Virus record (IMG/VR): IMGVR_UViG_3300013118_000772
Length of the DNA: 64,000 bases
Origin: a virus
Strand: one strand, 5' to 3'
A model generated the notes under the pieces. That model was not told the origin of the DNA. It was given only the letters and a program-made list of their open reading frames with translations, and did not search any database. Below, piece by piece: positions 26,675 through 37,061 of the stretch (position 1 is its first letter; the number at the start of each line of letters is the position of its first letter). A program made the translations under genes and the position numbers.

Positions 26675-26974
26675 ATGGGAGATAGATTTATATTGGAATT
26701 AGATTGTGCTTATTGTAATAAATTAAATGATGAAATTTGGTTTGCACCAACTTGTAATGTTTATACTTATAAATGTATATTTTGTAATAAAGTTAATTTT
26801 ATTCATGAGGGTATGAATGAATTTAAATCAAAAAAATGTGAAGATGTAAAATATCATGAGGTGAAAGAAAGCTTTTTAAAGGCGACTAATGTTACTTGGA
26901 ATGAGGATGAAATAAGAAGTAGTTGTAATGATTCCTATATTTACATAAAAGAATCAAATCAAGAGGTGAAATAA
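26675..26974 (+). CDS. Zinc-ribbon protein (99 aa)
   Basis: CAYCNK ... CIFCNK. Confidence 0.35.
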   Translation: MGDRFILELDCAYCNKLNDEIWFAPTCNVYTYKCIFCNKVNFIHEGMNEFKSKKCEDVKYHEVKESFLKATNVTWNEDEIRSSCNDSYIYIKESNQEVK

Positions 26975-27766
26975 ATGAAAAAATCTGGGATTTTATTAGT
27001 TTTATTATTATTAGTTAGTAGCATAACATATGCAGAAGAAGGAATGAGAGTTACATTAGAAACTCCTTCTGTTACGTTTAGATCAACGGAAAATAAACCA
27101 TTAATGCAGGGCAGTGTTGTCGAACATTATATAAGGGTAGTAAATAAAAATAACTTTACTATTAGTGTTGAGTTAAAACCAGAAGCAGGTCTAGTTATAG
27201 AATTTCCAAATAATGATTACGCTGAGTTAAAACCAAACACAACTAAAGTTTTTCGGTACTTAATTACTATCGACTCTCCAGGATCTTATAGTTCAGGAGT
27301 TTATGTTGTTTATTCGACCAAAGTTTATGATAGCCCAACCGTGCCTTTAATGGCTAGAATTAATTTCGTTAACATTAAAAAGAATCCTGATTATATAAAA
27401 GCAATGGAAAGTAAAGTTGTTCCTGCCGAGATTGAAAAATCAAATGAAACAGATAATAAAATTATTGGAGGGGATACAGATGATTATGGGTGTTTATTAA
27501 CTGCAGGATATAGATGGTGTGATACAAAGCAAAAATGTTTAAGAACATGGGAAGAAGATTGTCCTGGTGGCATAGTTGAAGAGGATAAAAATAATACCAT
27601 GGAAGTAATCAATGAAATGGACATAAATATAGTTGACAAAACATCTAATTTAGTTAGAGTTACTTTATTATTATTTTCAGTATTATTTATTTATTTTTTG
27701 TACATAATTATAAATAATAAAATAAAAAAGGGTAAAAATAAAAATGGTACAGTAGTAATAGGATAA
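26975..27766 (+). CDS. Secreted protein with C-terminal TM anchor and basic tail
   Basis: Signal peptide MKKSGILLVLLLLVSSITYA; C-terminal LLLFSVLFIYFLYIII then KKGKNK. Confidence 0.45.
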   Translation: MKKSGILLVLLLLVSSITYAEEGMRVTLETPSVTFRSTENKPLMQGSVVEHYIRVVNKNNFTISVELKPEAGLVIEFPNNDYAELKPNTTKVFRYLITIDSPGSYSSGVYVVYSTKVYDSPTVPLMARINFVNIKKNPDYIKAMESKVVPAEIEKSNETDNKIIGGDTDDYGCLLTAGYRWCDTKQKCLRTWEEDCPGGIVEEDKNNTMEVINEMDINIVDKTSNLVRVTLLLFSVLFIYFLYIIINNKIKKGKNKNGTVVIG

Positions 27767-27966
27767 TGGGTCAAGAAGAAATTATAACGTTTTTATCAAA
27801 ATTAAAAGATTCTGATAATTGGTTTAGTTCAAAACAGATTAGCACATCTATAAATATTGGGCTTAAATCAACTCAAATAGCATTAAGGAGGATGAGAATT
27901 AATAAATCGATATTATTCAAAAAATCATCTAATAAATATCATTATTTTTGGGGTGTATCATTTTAA
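27766..27966 (+). CDS. Small winged-helix DNA-binding protein
   Basis: ISTSINIGLKSTQIALRRMRINKSIL resembles an HTH recognition helix region. Confidence 0.35.
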   Translation: MGQEEIITFLSKLKDSDNWFSSKQISTSINIGLKSTQIALRRMRINKSILFKKSSNKYHYFWGVSF

Positions 27967-27974
27967 GAAATAAA

Positions 27975-28379
27975 ATGTCAAATAAACCAACTTTTCAAGA
28001 ATTAATGGGTAAAAGAATACTGAAAAATAAATGGAACATCTGCATAACACGCATTAAAATTCTATATCCTAAATTTAATCCACTTGATATTTCTATTCTT
28101 TTAATATGTCATGAAAGAATGTTAAATAACGAAAATAACTTTTTTTATTCTACAAAGCTAATGTGGGAACTTAATATGGCTCCGACACATTATAAGGATA
28201 TGAAAGATAGTTTAAATAAATTATATAAATATGGTTTAATAGAAGAAAAAATTATATCAAAAAGAAGATATCCTTGTGTAGCATATTGGATAAATAAAAA
28301 AGGTAGTATTATTATATCTGAAATAATAAATAACTGTAAGGTGGTAAAGAATGTTAAAGAAAATAATAAAACAAATTAA
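27975..28379 (+). CDS. Winged-helix transcriptional regulator (MarR/PadR-like)
   Basis: wHTH-like core LDISILLICHERMLNN...STKLMWELNMAPTHYKDMKDSLNKLYKYGLIEEK; ORF-track start 27948 likely an extension. Confidence 0.4.
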   Translation: MSNKPTFQELMGKRILKNKWNICITRIKILYPKFNPLDISILLICHERMLNNENNFFYSTKLMWELNMAPTHYKDMKDSLNKLYKYGLIEEKIISKRRYPCVAYWINKKGSIIISEIINNCKVVKNVKENNKTN

Positions 28380-28857
28380 TCCAATTAAATTCATTACAAA
28401 GTCGATTAGAGCTAGTATAGCTTGGAAATTTGTAATGGATAAAAGTGGAGATAAATTACTGGATATTGGATGTGATGATGGTTTTTTTATTAAAGGTTTT
28501 TCCAATTTAAAAACTTATGGAAAGGATATTATTTATGGTGACGATGTCGAAGATGGATTGGATTTTTCTAATAATTATTTTGATTATATAACTATGTTAG
28601 CTGTTATAGAGCATTTCATTGATTTCAACAAAGTTATAAAAGAATGTAAACGAGTTTTGAAAAAAGGAGGATTATTAATTATAACTACTCCATTTAAAAA
28701 AGCTGATAAATTCATTAGACTTTATTCAAATTTAGGAAATGATCATGTTAAGTATTTTAACTTAACAGATTTTATTAATATGAAGGGATTTATTTTATTA
28801 GATTATGGAAAATTTGAGCTTGGTTTAAATCAGTATGTTATTTTGAAAAGAAAGTAG
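28351..28857 (+). CDS. Class I SAM-dependent methyltransferase
   Basis: Motif I LLDIGCDDGFF, post-I acidic residue, motif LKKGGLLIITTP; 168 aa; substrate unknown. Confidence 0.6.
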   Translation: MLKKIIKQINPIKFITKSIRASIAWKFVMDKSGDKLLDIGCDDGFFIKGFSNLKTYGKDIIYGDDVEDGLDFSNNYFDYITMLAVIEHFIDFNKVIKECKRVLKKGGLLIITTPFKKADKFIRLYSNLGNDHVKYFNLTDFINMKGFILLDYGKFELGLNQYVILKRK

Positions 28858-28907
28858 TAGTTTGTTTCACATAAAATTGATTATAAAAGGGTCAATTAAT
28901 AATTAAA

Positions 28908-28915
28908 TTTAAATA
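28908..28915 (+). promoter_or_regulatory. Box A-like TTTAAATA element
   Basis: 62 bp upstream of 28977 start. Confidence 0.3.
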
Positions 28916-28976
28916 TTAACATTTTTTAAATATATTTTAATTATAAATAACATACCAGTCATAATGGAGGGGTTTA

Positions 28977-31232
28977 ATGGATAAACTTAGTCAATTAAGG
29001 AGATTTTGGGGGTTATACATTCTTTTTATAATATCTATAATAGGCATTTTACTAATTAACCAAACAAAAGCTGAGGAGGTTATATATACCAGAGGAGATT
29101 TCCTTACTTTAGTAGAAAATACTGAAAATTGTTTCAATTGTCATACAATATATAGAATTTGTAAACCAAGAGAATTAACATCTAATGACGCTAATTTTCT
29201 TATTAGGTTTTATAAAAATACAGGTAGTGAGATAGTTAAAAACTATAATATAAGAGTTTGGAAAAACGTATCCAAAACAGGTTTAGCTACTGATTATGAT
29301 AATGTGCAAATGAATTATACTTGTATAACTGATTCTTTTAATTATACTACTAATCCAAACTATGCATGGTGTTATGCACCTAATGGAACAACAATATTTG
29401 AACATGATTTTGATGGCGGTAATATTCCTTCCCAGTCAATATGGTGGGATGAACAAATCGAAGTTGGGCAACATAATACAACTTATCAAGAAGAGGAATG
29501 GGATACTGTTACTAAGCTACAAGTTAAAAATGCAGTAATAAATGCCCCTATTGGAACTTGCTGGGATGTTAAAATATCAGGAAAATTAAATTGGGCTGAT
29601 AGCGTAGACAATATTGTAGAATTTGCCGGATTTAATTATACTGAATATTCATGGTGGAATAATACATGGGCTAATAGAAAAAATATAACTATGACTAATA
29701 CTCATGCTCAAACATTAACAGATTATCCTTGTAATTTTACTATTGATGGAGCATCATTAATTAGTAGTAATCAACTACAAGCTGATGCAGATGATTTTAG
29801 AATTATAGATTTAAATGGAAATAGTCTAAACTGGGTTAATACATCTTCACTTAATAATGCCAATGCTGATATATGGTTTAGATGTAATATTAGTTCCTCT
29901 AGTTCAACAGATTATTCAATATACTATAACAATAGTTTAGCAACTTCAAATACAAGGACTAATACATCACATGTAATGGGAATGATGCTAACATCAGATA
30001 CTAGATTATTGGCACATTTAGATGAAGGTACAGGTTCATCTATTTTAGACGAAGATAATGGTTTAGTAGGAACAATTTCTGGAGCGACATGGAACACATC
30101 AGATTGTAGAATAAGTAATACATGTTTACATTTCGATGGTGTTAATGATTATGCTTATTGGGCAGATAATGCAGTATATGATATGCAAGCTATGGACTTT
30201 ACTTTGGAAGCTTGGGTTATGCCTTTATTAGATGCTGAATCGGATTCAGGTATTGGTATTATAACAAAAAGAAAGGATGGCTCTTCAAATAGAAACAATT
30301 ATGCTATGACCTTAGATGAGGATAGCGATATAATTGGTATGAATTATCAAGGAGGAACTACCTGGGTTACTGTAACTAATTCCGTTGTTACTGTTCCAAA
30401 TACATGGTATCATATTGCCATTGTATATGATGAATCAGGTAACACTTGCAAATATTATATTAATGGTACTTGGATTGGTCCGGCTGATAGTTGTACTACT
30501 TCACCTACATCAAATGATGCTAACGTTGCTTTAGGTATTTTGCAAACAGATAATGTTCCGGGATCTGATCATATACATCATATTAAACTAGATGATGTTA
30601 GAATTACTCAAGCAGCTTTGACAAGTAACCAAATTAATCATAGTGCTATGGCTTATATTATAACATCTGCTTTTGGAGGAGAAGAAAGTATGCCAGTTAA
30701 TAATGCTCCTACATTAAATACAACTATTATTACTCCTACAATAACACATGCTGGAGATGCATTATCCTGTAATGCATCAGCTAATGATGATATTAATACT
30801 TCTTTAACTATTGAATGGAGATGGTTTAATGGAAGTAATGAGTATGCTTTTGGAAATGCCACAAGTAAAGCAGTTGATATAAGTAACTATTTATCAAGTG
30901 TTGGCGCGGATGTAACAGATTTTATGGAAGTTTGGAATTGCTCAGTACGAGCTTATGACGGTAACAGTTATTCGGCATATAAGTCAAGTAAAATAACTGT
31001 TTATGAAAAGATAAACGGAACAGTAATTGATTCAGCAAGTACTCCAATAAATGGAGCGGTAGTCTTTATTGTTCATCAAACTAATATGAGTTATTTTGTA
31101 AATACTACCACTGATGGTGATGGAAAATATGCTTTAACAGCTACACAGGGAGGAAATTATACAGTTGTTTCATTTGATCCAACTAACTCAACAAGAATGG
31201 GAGATGTTAAACCATTTGTAGAGGTAAGTTAA
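28977..31232 (+). CDS. Large secreted glycoprotein with LamG/concanavalin-like domain (candidate receptor-binding protein)
   Basis: Signal-anchor; LamG-like segment CLHFDGVNDYAYWADN...FTLEAWV...WYHIAIVYDESGNTCKYYINGT; many NxS/T sequons; shares a CN..IE(W)RWFN...GN.S module with the 45107-50344 protein. Confidence 0.55.
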   Translation: MDKLSQLRRFWGLYILFIISIIGILLINQTKAEEVIYTRGDFLTLVENTENCFNCHTIYRICKPRELTSNDANFLIRFYKNTGSEIVKNYNIRVWKNVSKTGLATDYDNVQMNYTCITDSFNYTTNPNYAWCYAPNGTTIFEHDFDGGNIPSQSIWWDEQIEVGQHNTTYQEEEWDTVTKLQVKNAVINAPIGTCWDVKISGKLNWADSVDNIVEFAGFNYTEYSWWNNTWANRKNITMTNTHAQTLTDYPCNFTIDGASLISSNQLQADADDFRIIDLNGNSLNWVNTSSLNNANADIWFRCNISSSSSTDYSIYYNNSLATSNTRTNTSHVMGMMLTSDTRLLAHLDEGTGSSILDEDNGLVGTISGATWNTSDCRISNTCLHFDGVNDYAYWADNAVYDMQAMDFTLEAWVMPLLDAESDSGIGIITKRKDGSSNRNNYAMTLDEDSDIIGMNYQGGTTWVTVTNSVVTVPNTWYHIAIVYDESGNTCKYYINGTWIGPADSCTTSPTSNDANVALGILQTDNVPGSDHIHHIKLDDVRITQAALTSNQINHSAMAYIITSAFGGEESMPVNNAPTLNTTIITPTITHAGDALSCNASANDDINTSLTIEWRWFNGSNEYAFGNATSKAVDISNYLSSVGADVTDFMEVWNCSVRAYDGNSYSAYKSSKITVYEKINGTVIDSASTPINGAVVFIVHQTNMSYFVNTTTDGDGKYALTATQGGNYTVVSFDPTNSTRMGDVKPFVEVS

Positions 31233-31537
31233 TGATAATTAAAAAAAAGTTATTAATTAGTATTATTTTAATAAATATATTAGCAAGTGGGGTATATGTA
31301 ATTGGATATACTGCACCTGGAAAAGCGGCAGCTAATTTAATATTAGAAGGTGGATATACTGCACCTTCAAGAGTTAATACAATTTTGACTTTAGGAATAG
31401 AAGGATTAGCTATAAGCTGGGTCACTCCAGATGGTAATGATAATCATACACAAAATAGTTTTAAAAAATATGAGTTCACGGTCACTTGTAATAGTGCAAG
31501 TTGTGGTAATGTAAATGTAACTTTAGATCCTAAATAA
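31232..31537 (+). CDS. Small secreted protein (101 aa)
   Basis: Signal peptide; C-terminal CGNVNVTLDP motif also present in the giant protein. Confidence 0.35.
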   Translation: MIIKKKLLISIILINILASGVYVIGYTAPGKAAANLILEGGYTAPSRVNTILTLGIEGLAISWVTPDGNDNHTQNSFKKYEFTVTCNSASCGNVNVTLDPK

Positions 31538-31610
31538 GATGAAAGATGGATACGATTAAAAATGTCACAAAAAAGTTTAAATTCAACGTTTTTATACTTG
31601 CGGTGATCTA

Positions 31611-34019
31611 ATGAACAAAAAGATTATATTGCTTGTTTTGTTATTAGTAATAATAGGTACTGTCGAGTTTCATGATCTAGTAAGAAAAAAGATTAGGAAA
31701 TCAAAACATTTAGTCGATAAAAACAGCGAAGATATAACTATATTTAGCTCATTTGAATATATTGATAATCAGTTCATTTTTGACGATGGAGATATAGAAC
31801 TAAAATTGATTCCTGTGATTGAAGAGAACGATAACAAAAAGATCAAGCTTAAAAACAAACAAGATAGAGACTGGAAAAGGATCAGACACAAGATAGAAAG
31901 AGACAATAACAAATACAAATTCACTTTAGACTTATCAGGGGTTAGAAAGAACAAAAGAGAAAGAGTACAGAAAGTGTACTTTGATATAGACTGGGATTAT
32001 GATTGGGACATACATATAGAAAACAATACAGTCTTTAGATTTGGACCAAAACACACAAGCGGTAAGTATGAGATGGACTTTCAAGACTTAGTAGATTTAG
32101 GTTATAAAGTAAGAATATATAATAAAACTGTCGAGATAAGCAACCTAAAAGGTAAAAATTTGGATTTAGATCCTGTTATCCATGTTACTACAGGAGACAT
32201 AGAAACAGTTGAGGGCTGTGCATTGGGAGATAACAAGGTTGTAGCAGGATACTTTGATGATACAAGTGATGACTTTAGCTTTCAGATAATATCTACAAAC
32301 GGGACAGTTATTGTTTCTGAAACAGACATAAATGATGCCTTAAGTTTTCATAATTATGCTTCTCAAATTGCAATCTCATGTAAGAATGAAACTTTATGGA
32401 GTGCAACTTATTACAATGCTCCAACAGACAATGTAACTACTGTCTTTTATGACGACACAGGAACACTAAAACATGGTCCTTTTGATATATCTGGAAATCA
32501 AATAGAAAGATTTGCATATTATGTAGGTGTATTTGATTTAAACGTAACAGACTCTGTTGTCTACTATCATGATAATTATTATAGAGATTTTGAATTTATT
32601 ATTCTGGACATATATGGTAATCAGAAATTAGGACCTATAAAAATAGATGATAATATGGGATCTGGTATTCATGGTGCAGACGGAGACGCTTCAAATGAAA
32701 CTAATTTTGGATTTACATATTGTGATGATGCAGACAGTAACAAACCAATTAAAACAGTATTTTATAATAATCAGGGGGATATAACTCTTGGACCTATAAA
32801 AATCTATTTTGGGAGCAGTTATGCGAATGACGAAGCTATGTCTTTAGTTTTTGTGAATGAGACCACATGGGTTCACTTATTTGAATTAGATACTCAAAAC
32901 GATATTTTTCTTAATATTTTTGATATTTGGGGTAATAACTTGGTTGCTAACCAAACCTTAGATACAGAAGTACAGAATGATCCTTCATACAATGATTTGG
33001 CTAGAATTAACAACACTCACTTTGGAGCTTCTTGGAAAGACAGAAACCCCAATAGTCAAGCCCATGTTGTATGTAATCTTCAAGGAACCTGTACAAATGA
33101 CAACAGCGTAATAACAACAGGCGGTAATAATAGAGACAACGCAATAGTAAGCTCACAACTAGCAACAGGACCAGAGATATGTAACGATAATTATGTCCAT
33201 TTTGGATCAAACGCTTCAGGTCTATTTATGAGTACACATTATCCTAACGGTACTTTATGGGATGGAGTTTGTATAGAAGAATTAGAAAATTCCTTAAAAA
33301 GCATAGTAACCAATGTACCAGGTTCAGAATTATTCTGGCATAATGGTTCTACTATTAATTACGAATGTGGTTTAATGATAAAAGGACAGACATGTACAGC
33401 TACATTCTGGGTTAATGCCACAGATGATATTAATAGCACACATGAATTTTACGGAATAGTAAGCTCAAGTAGTGGCAGTATAGTAAATGTTAATAGTAGT
33501 AAATTAAATATAACCATTAGAGAAGCAATTTCAAGTTGTACCGATACAACATTCACTTTAAGTTATCCTGGATTTGGATGTGATGATTATGGAAGCACAG
33601 ATGGTTCAGCTGATTGTGAATATTGTGCTTTTGTCGCTTCTGACACTACTGGTGCTACTAATGAAGTAGGAATAAATTGTACTGGACAAAATTCCACAGA
33701 AGCTTTTATAGTAGTTGATAACCAGGGAGATTGTGCTTTAAATATATCAATGCGTATGAATATTGATGTTAATATATCTAAATTTAGATTTAAAGTAAGC
33801 CAAAATGCTACTGGTTGGGAATCTTCTTGTTCCGGTGGAATACCTACTAATGGATGTTTAAATATAGAAGACACCAATTTTAATACTGTGGCTACTAATG
33901 TAACTGACTTAGGAGGTATTATTGACAAGGAAATTTGGATGTATGGAGATTATATAGGAGTTTATCATGTCGACAATGGAACATCATATGGATTAAATAT
34001 GACAGGTGATGAAGGTTAA
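31611..34019 (+). CDS. Large secreted glycoprotein (802 aa), paralogous module shared with giant protein
   Basis: Signal peptide MNKKIILLVLLLVIIG; segment LFWHNGSTINYECGLMIKGQTCTATFWVNATDD parallels FYHNGTEINYECGTLNHNESCIASFWVNATGE in 45107-50344. Confidence 0.5.
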   Translation: MNKKIILLVLLLVIIGTVEFHDLVRKKIRKSKHLVDKNSEDITIFSSFEYIDNQFIFDDGDIELKLIPVIEENDNKKIKLKNKQDRDWKRIRHKIERDNNKYKFTLDLSGVRKNKRERVQKVYFDIDWDYDWDIHIENNTVFRFGPKHTSGKYEMDFQDLVDLGYKVRIYNKTVEISNLKGKNLDLDPVIHVTTGDIETVEGCALGDNKVVAGYFDDTSDDFSFQIISTNGTVIVSETDINDALSFHNYASQIAISCKNETLWSATYYNAPTDNVTTVFYDDTGTLKHGPFDISGNQIERFAYYVGVFDLNVTDSVVYYHDNYYRDFEFIILDIYGNQKLGPIKIDDNMGSGIHGADGDASNETNFGFTYCDDADSNKPIKTVFYNNQGDITLGPIKIYFGSSYANDEAMSLVFVNETTWVHLFELDTQNDIFLNIFDIWGNNLVANQTLDTEVQNDPSYNDLARINNTHFGASWKDRNPNSQAHVVCNLQGTCTNDNSVITTGGNNRDNAIVSSQLATGPEICNDNYVHFGSNASGLFMSTHYPNGTLWDGVCIEELENSLKSIVTNVPGSELFWHNGSTINYECGLMIKGQTCTATFWVNATDDINSTHEFYGIVSSSSGSIVNVNSSKLNITIREAISSCTDTTFTLSYPGFGCDDYGSTDGSADCEYCAFVASDTTGATNEVGINCTGQNSTEAFIVVDNQGDCALNISMRMNIDVNISKFRFKVSQNATGWESSCSGGIPTNGCLNIEDTNFNTVATNVTDLGGIIDKEIWMYGDYIGVYHVDNGTSYGLNMTGDEG

Positions 34020-34067
34020 ATCATACTCATGAAATCATGAGAATAAACAAGAAGGAGGGATAAAAAC

Positions 34068-34643
34068 ATGAAAATAAAGAAAAGTTTAGTAGCTATTATG
34101 GCTATGGTTATATTAGCTACTGCAGTAATTGCAGTTAGTTATGAAGATGTGACTGTAACATACGTTATTCCAGCAGATATTGCTTTTTCAACATCTTACG
34201 CTGGAAGTTGTGGAACAAGTGATTTCGCATGTAGAGAAAACGATGGATCATATCAAGGGACGCAAAGCCAAATAAATATAACACAGACAGATGGAACAGT
34301 GTGTCAAGCAGCAGCAACACCAGCTGTACAGTTTACAAACGACGGAAATACGCCAATAAATATAACAGCAAGGTTGACTAGTTCACAGGTAGCTGGAGTA
34401 GTATTAAAAGCTTCAGAAGCTTATGCAGGATATGAATCAAGTTGTAATGAGTACAACATGTCCAATGCTACAGCTTGTGTAAATGTAACTGCTGCCAATT
34501 TTTTGGTGTTAACAGATGACATTGCAGCTAGTGGAACAAGCGATGTATATTTCTGGTGTGACTTCAGTAACTTTAATTCTGGAGCAGCTACAACAGGAAT
34601 AACAAGAACAATGACATTGAACTCAACACAAGAAACTGCATAA
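34068..34643 (+). CDS. Secreted/membrane structural protein (191 aa)
   Basis: Strong SD AAGGAGGGA; N-terminal TM/signal MKIKKSLVAIMAMVILATAVIAVS; Thr/Ala/Ser-rich. Confidence 0.45.
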   Translation: MKIKKSLVAIMAMVILATAVIAVSYEDVTVTYVIPADIAFSTSYAGSCGTSDFACRENDGSYQGTQSQINITQTDGTVCQAAATPAVQFTNDGNTPINITARLTSSQVAGVVLKASEAYAGYESSCNEYNMSNATACVNVTAANFLVLTDDIAASGTSDVYFWCDFSNFNSGAATTGITRTMTLNSTQETA

Positions 34644-34679
34644 ACAAATTATTTTTTTAATTTGTTTTTGTATACGTAG

Positions 34680-34991
34680 GTGAAAAAAATGAAAAAGTTG
34701 CAACGTATATCAACTGTTATAATAGTTGACAACAGAACACAGGGAGAAAAGTTAAAGGACGAAATAACTAACTTTATCAATAACAGTTATAAAAAAGGAA
34801 TAAATGAAATTAAGTGCTTAATTAAAAAAGATAAATCGTTTACTAGGTTATCTATTTTAATTTTGGTAGATTCAAATGTATTAAATGCTAGACAAATACA
34901 AAACTCAGTAGAAGCATATACAAAAATGAATTTTAATATATCAGAAGAACATATAGAAGCCCATTTTAGAACGGTTTACAATAGAACATGA
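34680..34991 (+). CDS. Hypothetical protein (103 aa)
   Basis: ORF with GTG/ATG start in co-directional array. Confidence 0.3.
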   Translation: MKKMKKLQRISTVIIVDNRTQGEKLKDEITNFINNSYKKGINEIKCLIKKDKSFTRLSILILVDSNVLNARQIQNSVEAYTKMNFNISEEHIEAHFRTVYNRT

Positions 34992-35001
34992 GGTGAAATA
35001 G

Positions 35002-35436
35002 ATGAGTGAAGAAAAAAAGAAATCAAAGATGGACAATAAATCCCGCAAAATGGTCATCATTGCTGCCATAGTTACTATACTAGCTGTAGTTTTAGTGTTA
35101 GCTTTTACTGGATCATTTGGTAAAATTTTTGTTGATAATAAAATACCAGAAGATGTTGATCCAACAGATATTATAGAATTAAAAGACAAGCCTGTTAAAA
35201 ATGATCTAAATGAAAATAAAAGGCCAGGATGTGGAAATGGAATAGTTGATGAAGGGGAAACATGGACAAACTGTAGAGATGATTTAAATAAGGATTGTGG
35301 AAACGGGATATGTGAGGAATGGGAGACATATGTCAATTGTGGGGATTGTCCTTATTGTATTGATGATAGATTTGACGAAGTTGATCTCGACAATGAATGT
35401 TCCATTATTGAAGAAGGAAAAGATAAATATAAATGA
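35002..35436 (+). CDS. Membrane-anchored protein with two Cys-rich CGNG repeats
   Basis: Signal-anchor then CGNGIVDEGETWTNCRDD and CGNGICEEWETYVNCGDC (resembling the Myxococcus-type Cys-rich repeat C-G-N-G-x-x-E-x-G-E-x-C-D-D). Confidence 0.4.
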   Translation: MSEEKKKSKMDNKSRKMVIIAAIVTILAVVLVLAFTGSFGKIFVDNKIPEDVDPTDIIELKDKPVKNDLNENKRPGCGNGIVDEGETWTNCRDDLNKDCGNGICEEWETYVNCGDCPYCIDDRFDEVDLDNECSIIEEGKDKYK

Positions 35437-36368
35437 GGTGTTTAAGGATGAAAGAAACTAAAAAACTTTTCAGTATAGCTATATTATTTATTTTAGCTTT
35501 ATCAACTATTATTTTAAGTGGTTGCACTGAAAAGGATGGAGATAGTCTATCTGATTTGGAATTAGCAGAAGACATTAGAACTAGATTAAAAGAAACTTAT
35601 CAACCAGATAGAAGTTTATATGGAGAAGGCAGTTACGTTAATAATGAAGGCAAAACAATTAAATTCAATATAGTAGATGCTTTTAGGGATTTACCTGAGA
35701 TGAAAGAAGATATGTGGTATGCACGATATTTATTTACGAACATGAAATTTGAATCAAAAACAATTTGCAATTTTTCTGAGAGCTATTATCTGCAACCCGA
35801 ATTTTATGCAAATACTTTTTATCGAATGGAAGGAGATAAAATTTTAGGTGGAATAAACTATTGGAAAACACCTAAGTTCAGAAATACAGAAGGTGGATTT
35901 GGAACATATCCTGCAGATCAAGTTCATGTAGTCAAACCTGGAAGTAATTATAAATTCTGTTCTTACTTTAGAGCAGGATATGGAGTAGAAGGATGGCAGG
36001 TAATTGGATTGAAAGAGGAAAGACCTGAGATGAAAGTTGAAATTGATGGGACGGTATACGAAAGTAAAGAAGATACTGAAGGAAAAATAAAATTTTGGCT
36101 AGATAATCATGAAGTGGTATTAGGTCCAGCGTATCCAAGATTTTCAAATAACGAAGATGGCTCATGGGCAGATAAAATAAATATTTACGTAGAAATAGCA
36201 GAGGATATTGAACCTGGCCTTTATGTAATTGGTTATGATGTAACATCTGGAACAGAAGAAACAATTGGTTATTTAGTAGACAAATACACTGATAAAAAAG
36301 TTACATCATTGGGAATGATGAAAGTTGGAAGACCTCAACTTCGAATGGGGTTATTGATAAGAGAGTGA
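35433..36368 (+). CDS. Putative lipoprotein (311 aa)
   Basis: Lipobox-like LSGCTEKDG after signal peptide. Confidence 0.45.
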   Translation: MRCLRMKETKKLFSIAILFILALSTIILSGCTEKDGDSLSDLELAEDIRTRLKETYQPDRSLYGEGSYVNNEGKTIKFNIVDAFRDLPEMKEDMWYARYLFTNMKFESKTICNFSESYYLQPEFYANTFYRMEGDKILGGINYWKTPKFRNTEGGFGTYPADQVHVVKPGSNYKFCSYFRAGYGVEGWQVIGLKEERPEMKVEIDGTVYESKEDTEGKIKFWLDNHEVVLGPAYPRFSNNEDGSWADKINIYVEIAEDIEPGLYVIGYDVTSGTEETIGYLVDKYTDKKVTSLGMMKVGRPQLRMGLLIRE

Positions 36369-37009
36369 TAAATGTGAAATATAAATTTTTTTTATTTTTA
36401 TTTTTTATTTTACTTGCTTCAACTTCTGTTTATTCAATTTTAAATAATAAAATATATTACATCATACCAGGCGTAGACGAATACTTAATGGCCATAATTG
36501 ACTATCGCCCTGATATTAATGTAGGAAATAATAGATGGATCAATTTATCAATTTATATGCAAGGAATAGATGAACCATCTGAATTTAGAAATATAACTAA
36601 TGCTACTATTTTATCAAATATGACAGCTCCAGATGGCTCGATTTATTTAATTAACTTTTCAAATGTTACTACAGGATTTTACAAAACAAATTTCACTTTT
36701 CTAAACGAAGGGATTTATTTTATGGATTTATTGATTTCTGAAAGTGAAAAAGGATATACAATTAATAGAGTTTATTTTTACGCTGGAAATTTAACCGAAG
36801 CTTATCAAGGTGGAATTGGTGGGCTTCCAGGGATATCGCTAAGCTTGTATCAAAGTGAAAAAGAAAGGGCAGATGTCGCAGAAAGGAAGATTTCTAGTCT
36901 AAGAGACTTCATTATACTGTTAATTATTCTATTGACGCTAATAGGCTTCGTAGTGATAATAGCTGTTCAAATCTTTAAAAAGCGCAAAACCCTGATAATT
37001 AATAATTAA
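36365..37009 (+). CDS. Secreted glycoprotein with C-terminal TM anchor (214 aa)
   Basis: GTG start overlapping upstream stop; signal peptide; C-terminal IILLIILLTLIGFVVIIAVQIF then KKRK. Confidence 0.4.
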   Translation: MINVKYKFFLFLFFILLASTSVYSILNNKIYYIIPGVDEYLMAIIDYRPDINVGNNRWINLSIYMQGIDEPSEFRNITNATILSNMTAPDGSIYLINFSNVTTGFYKTNFTFLNEGIYFMDLLISESEKGYTINRVYFYAGNLTEAYQGGIGGLPGISLSLYQSEKERADVAERKISSLRDFIILLIILLTLIGFVVIIAVQIFKKRKTLIINN

Positions 37010-37010
37010 A

Positions 37011-37018
37011 TTTAAATA
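37011..37018 (+). promoter_or_regulatory. Box A-like TTTAAATA element
   Basis: 44 bp upstream of 37062 start. Confidence 0.3.
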
Positions 37019-37061
37019 CCCGTTATTAAATTATTAAAATATAAGGCGAAAAGGTGAGTGG

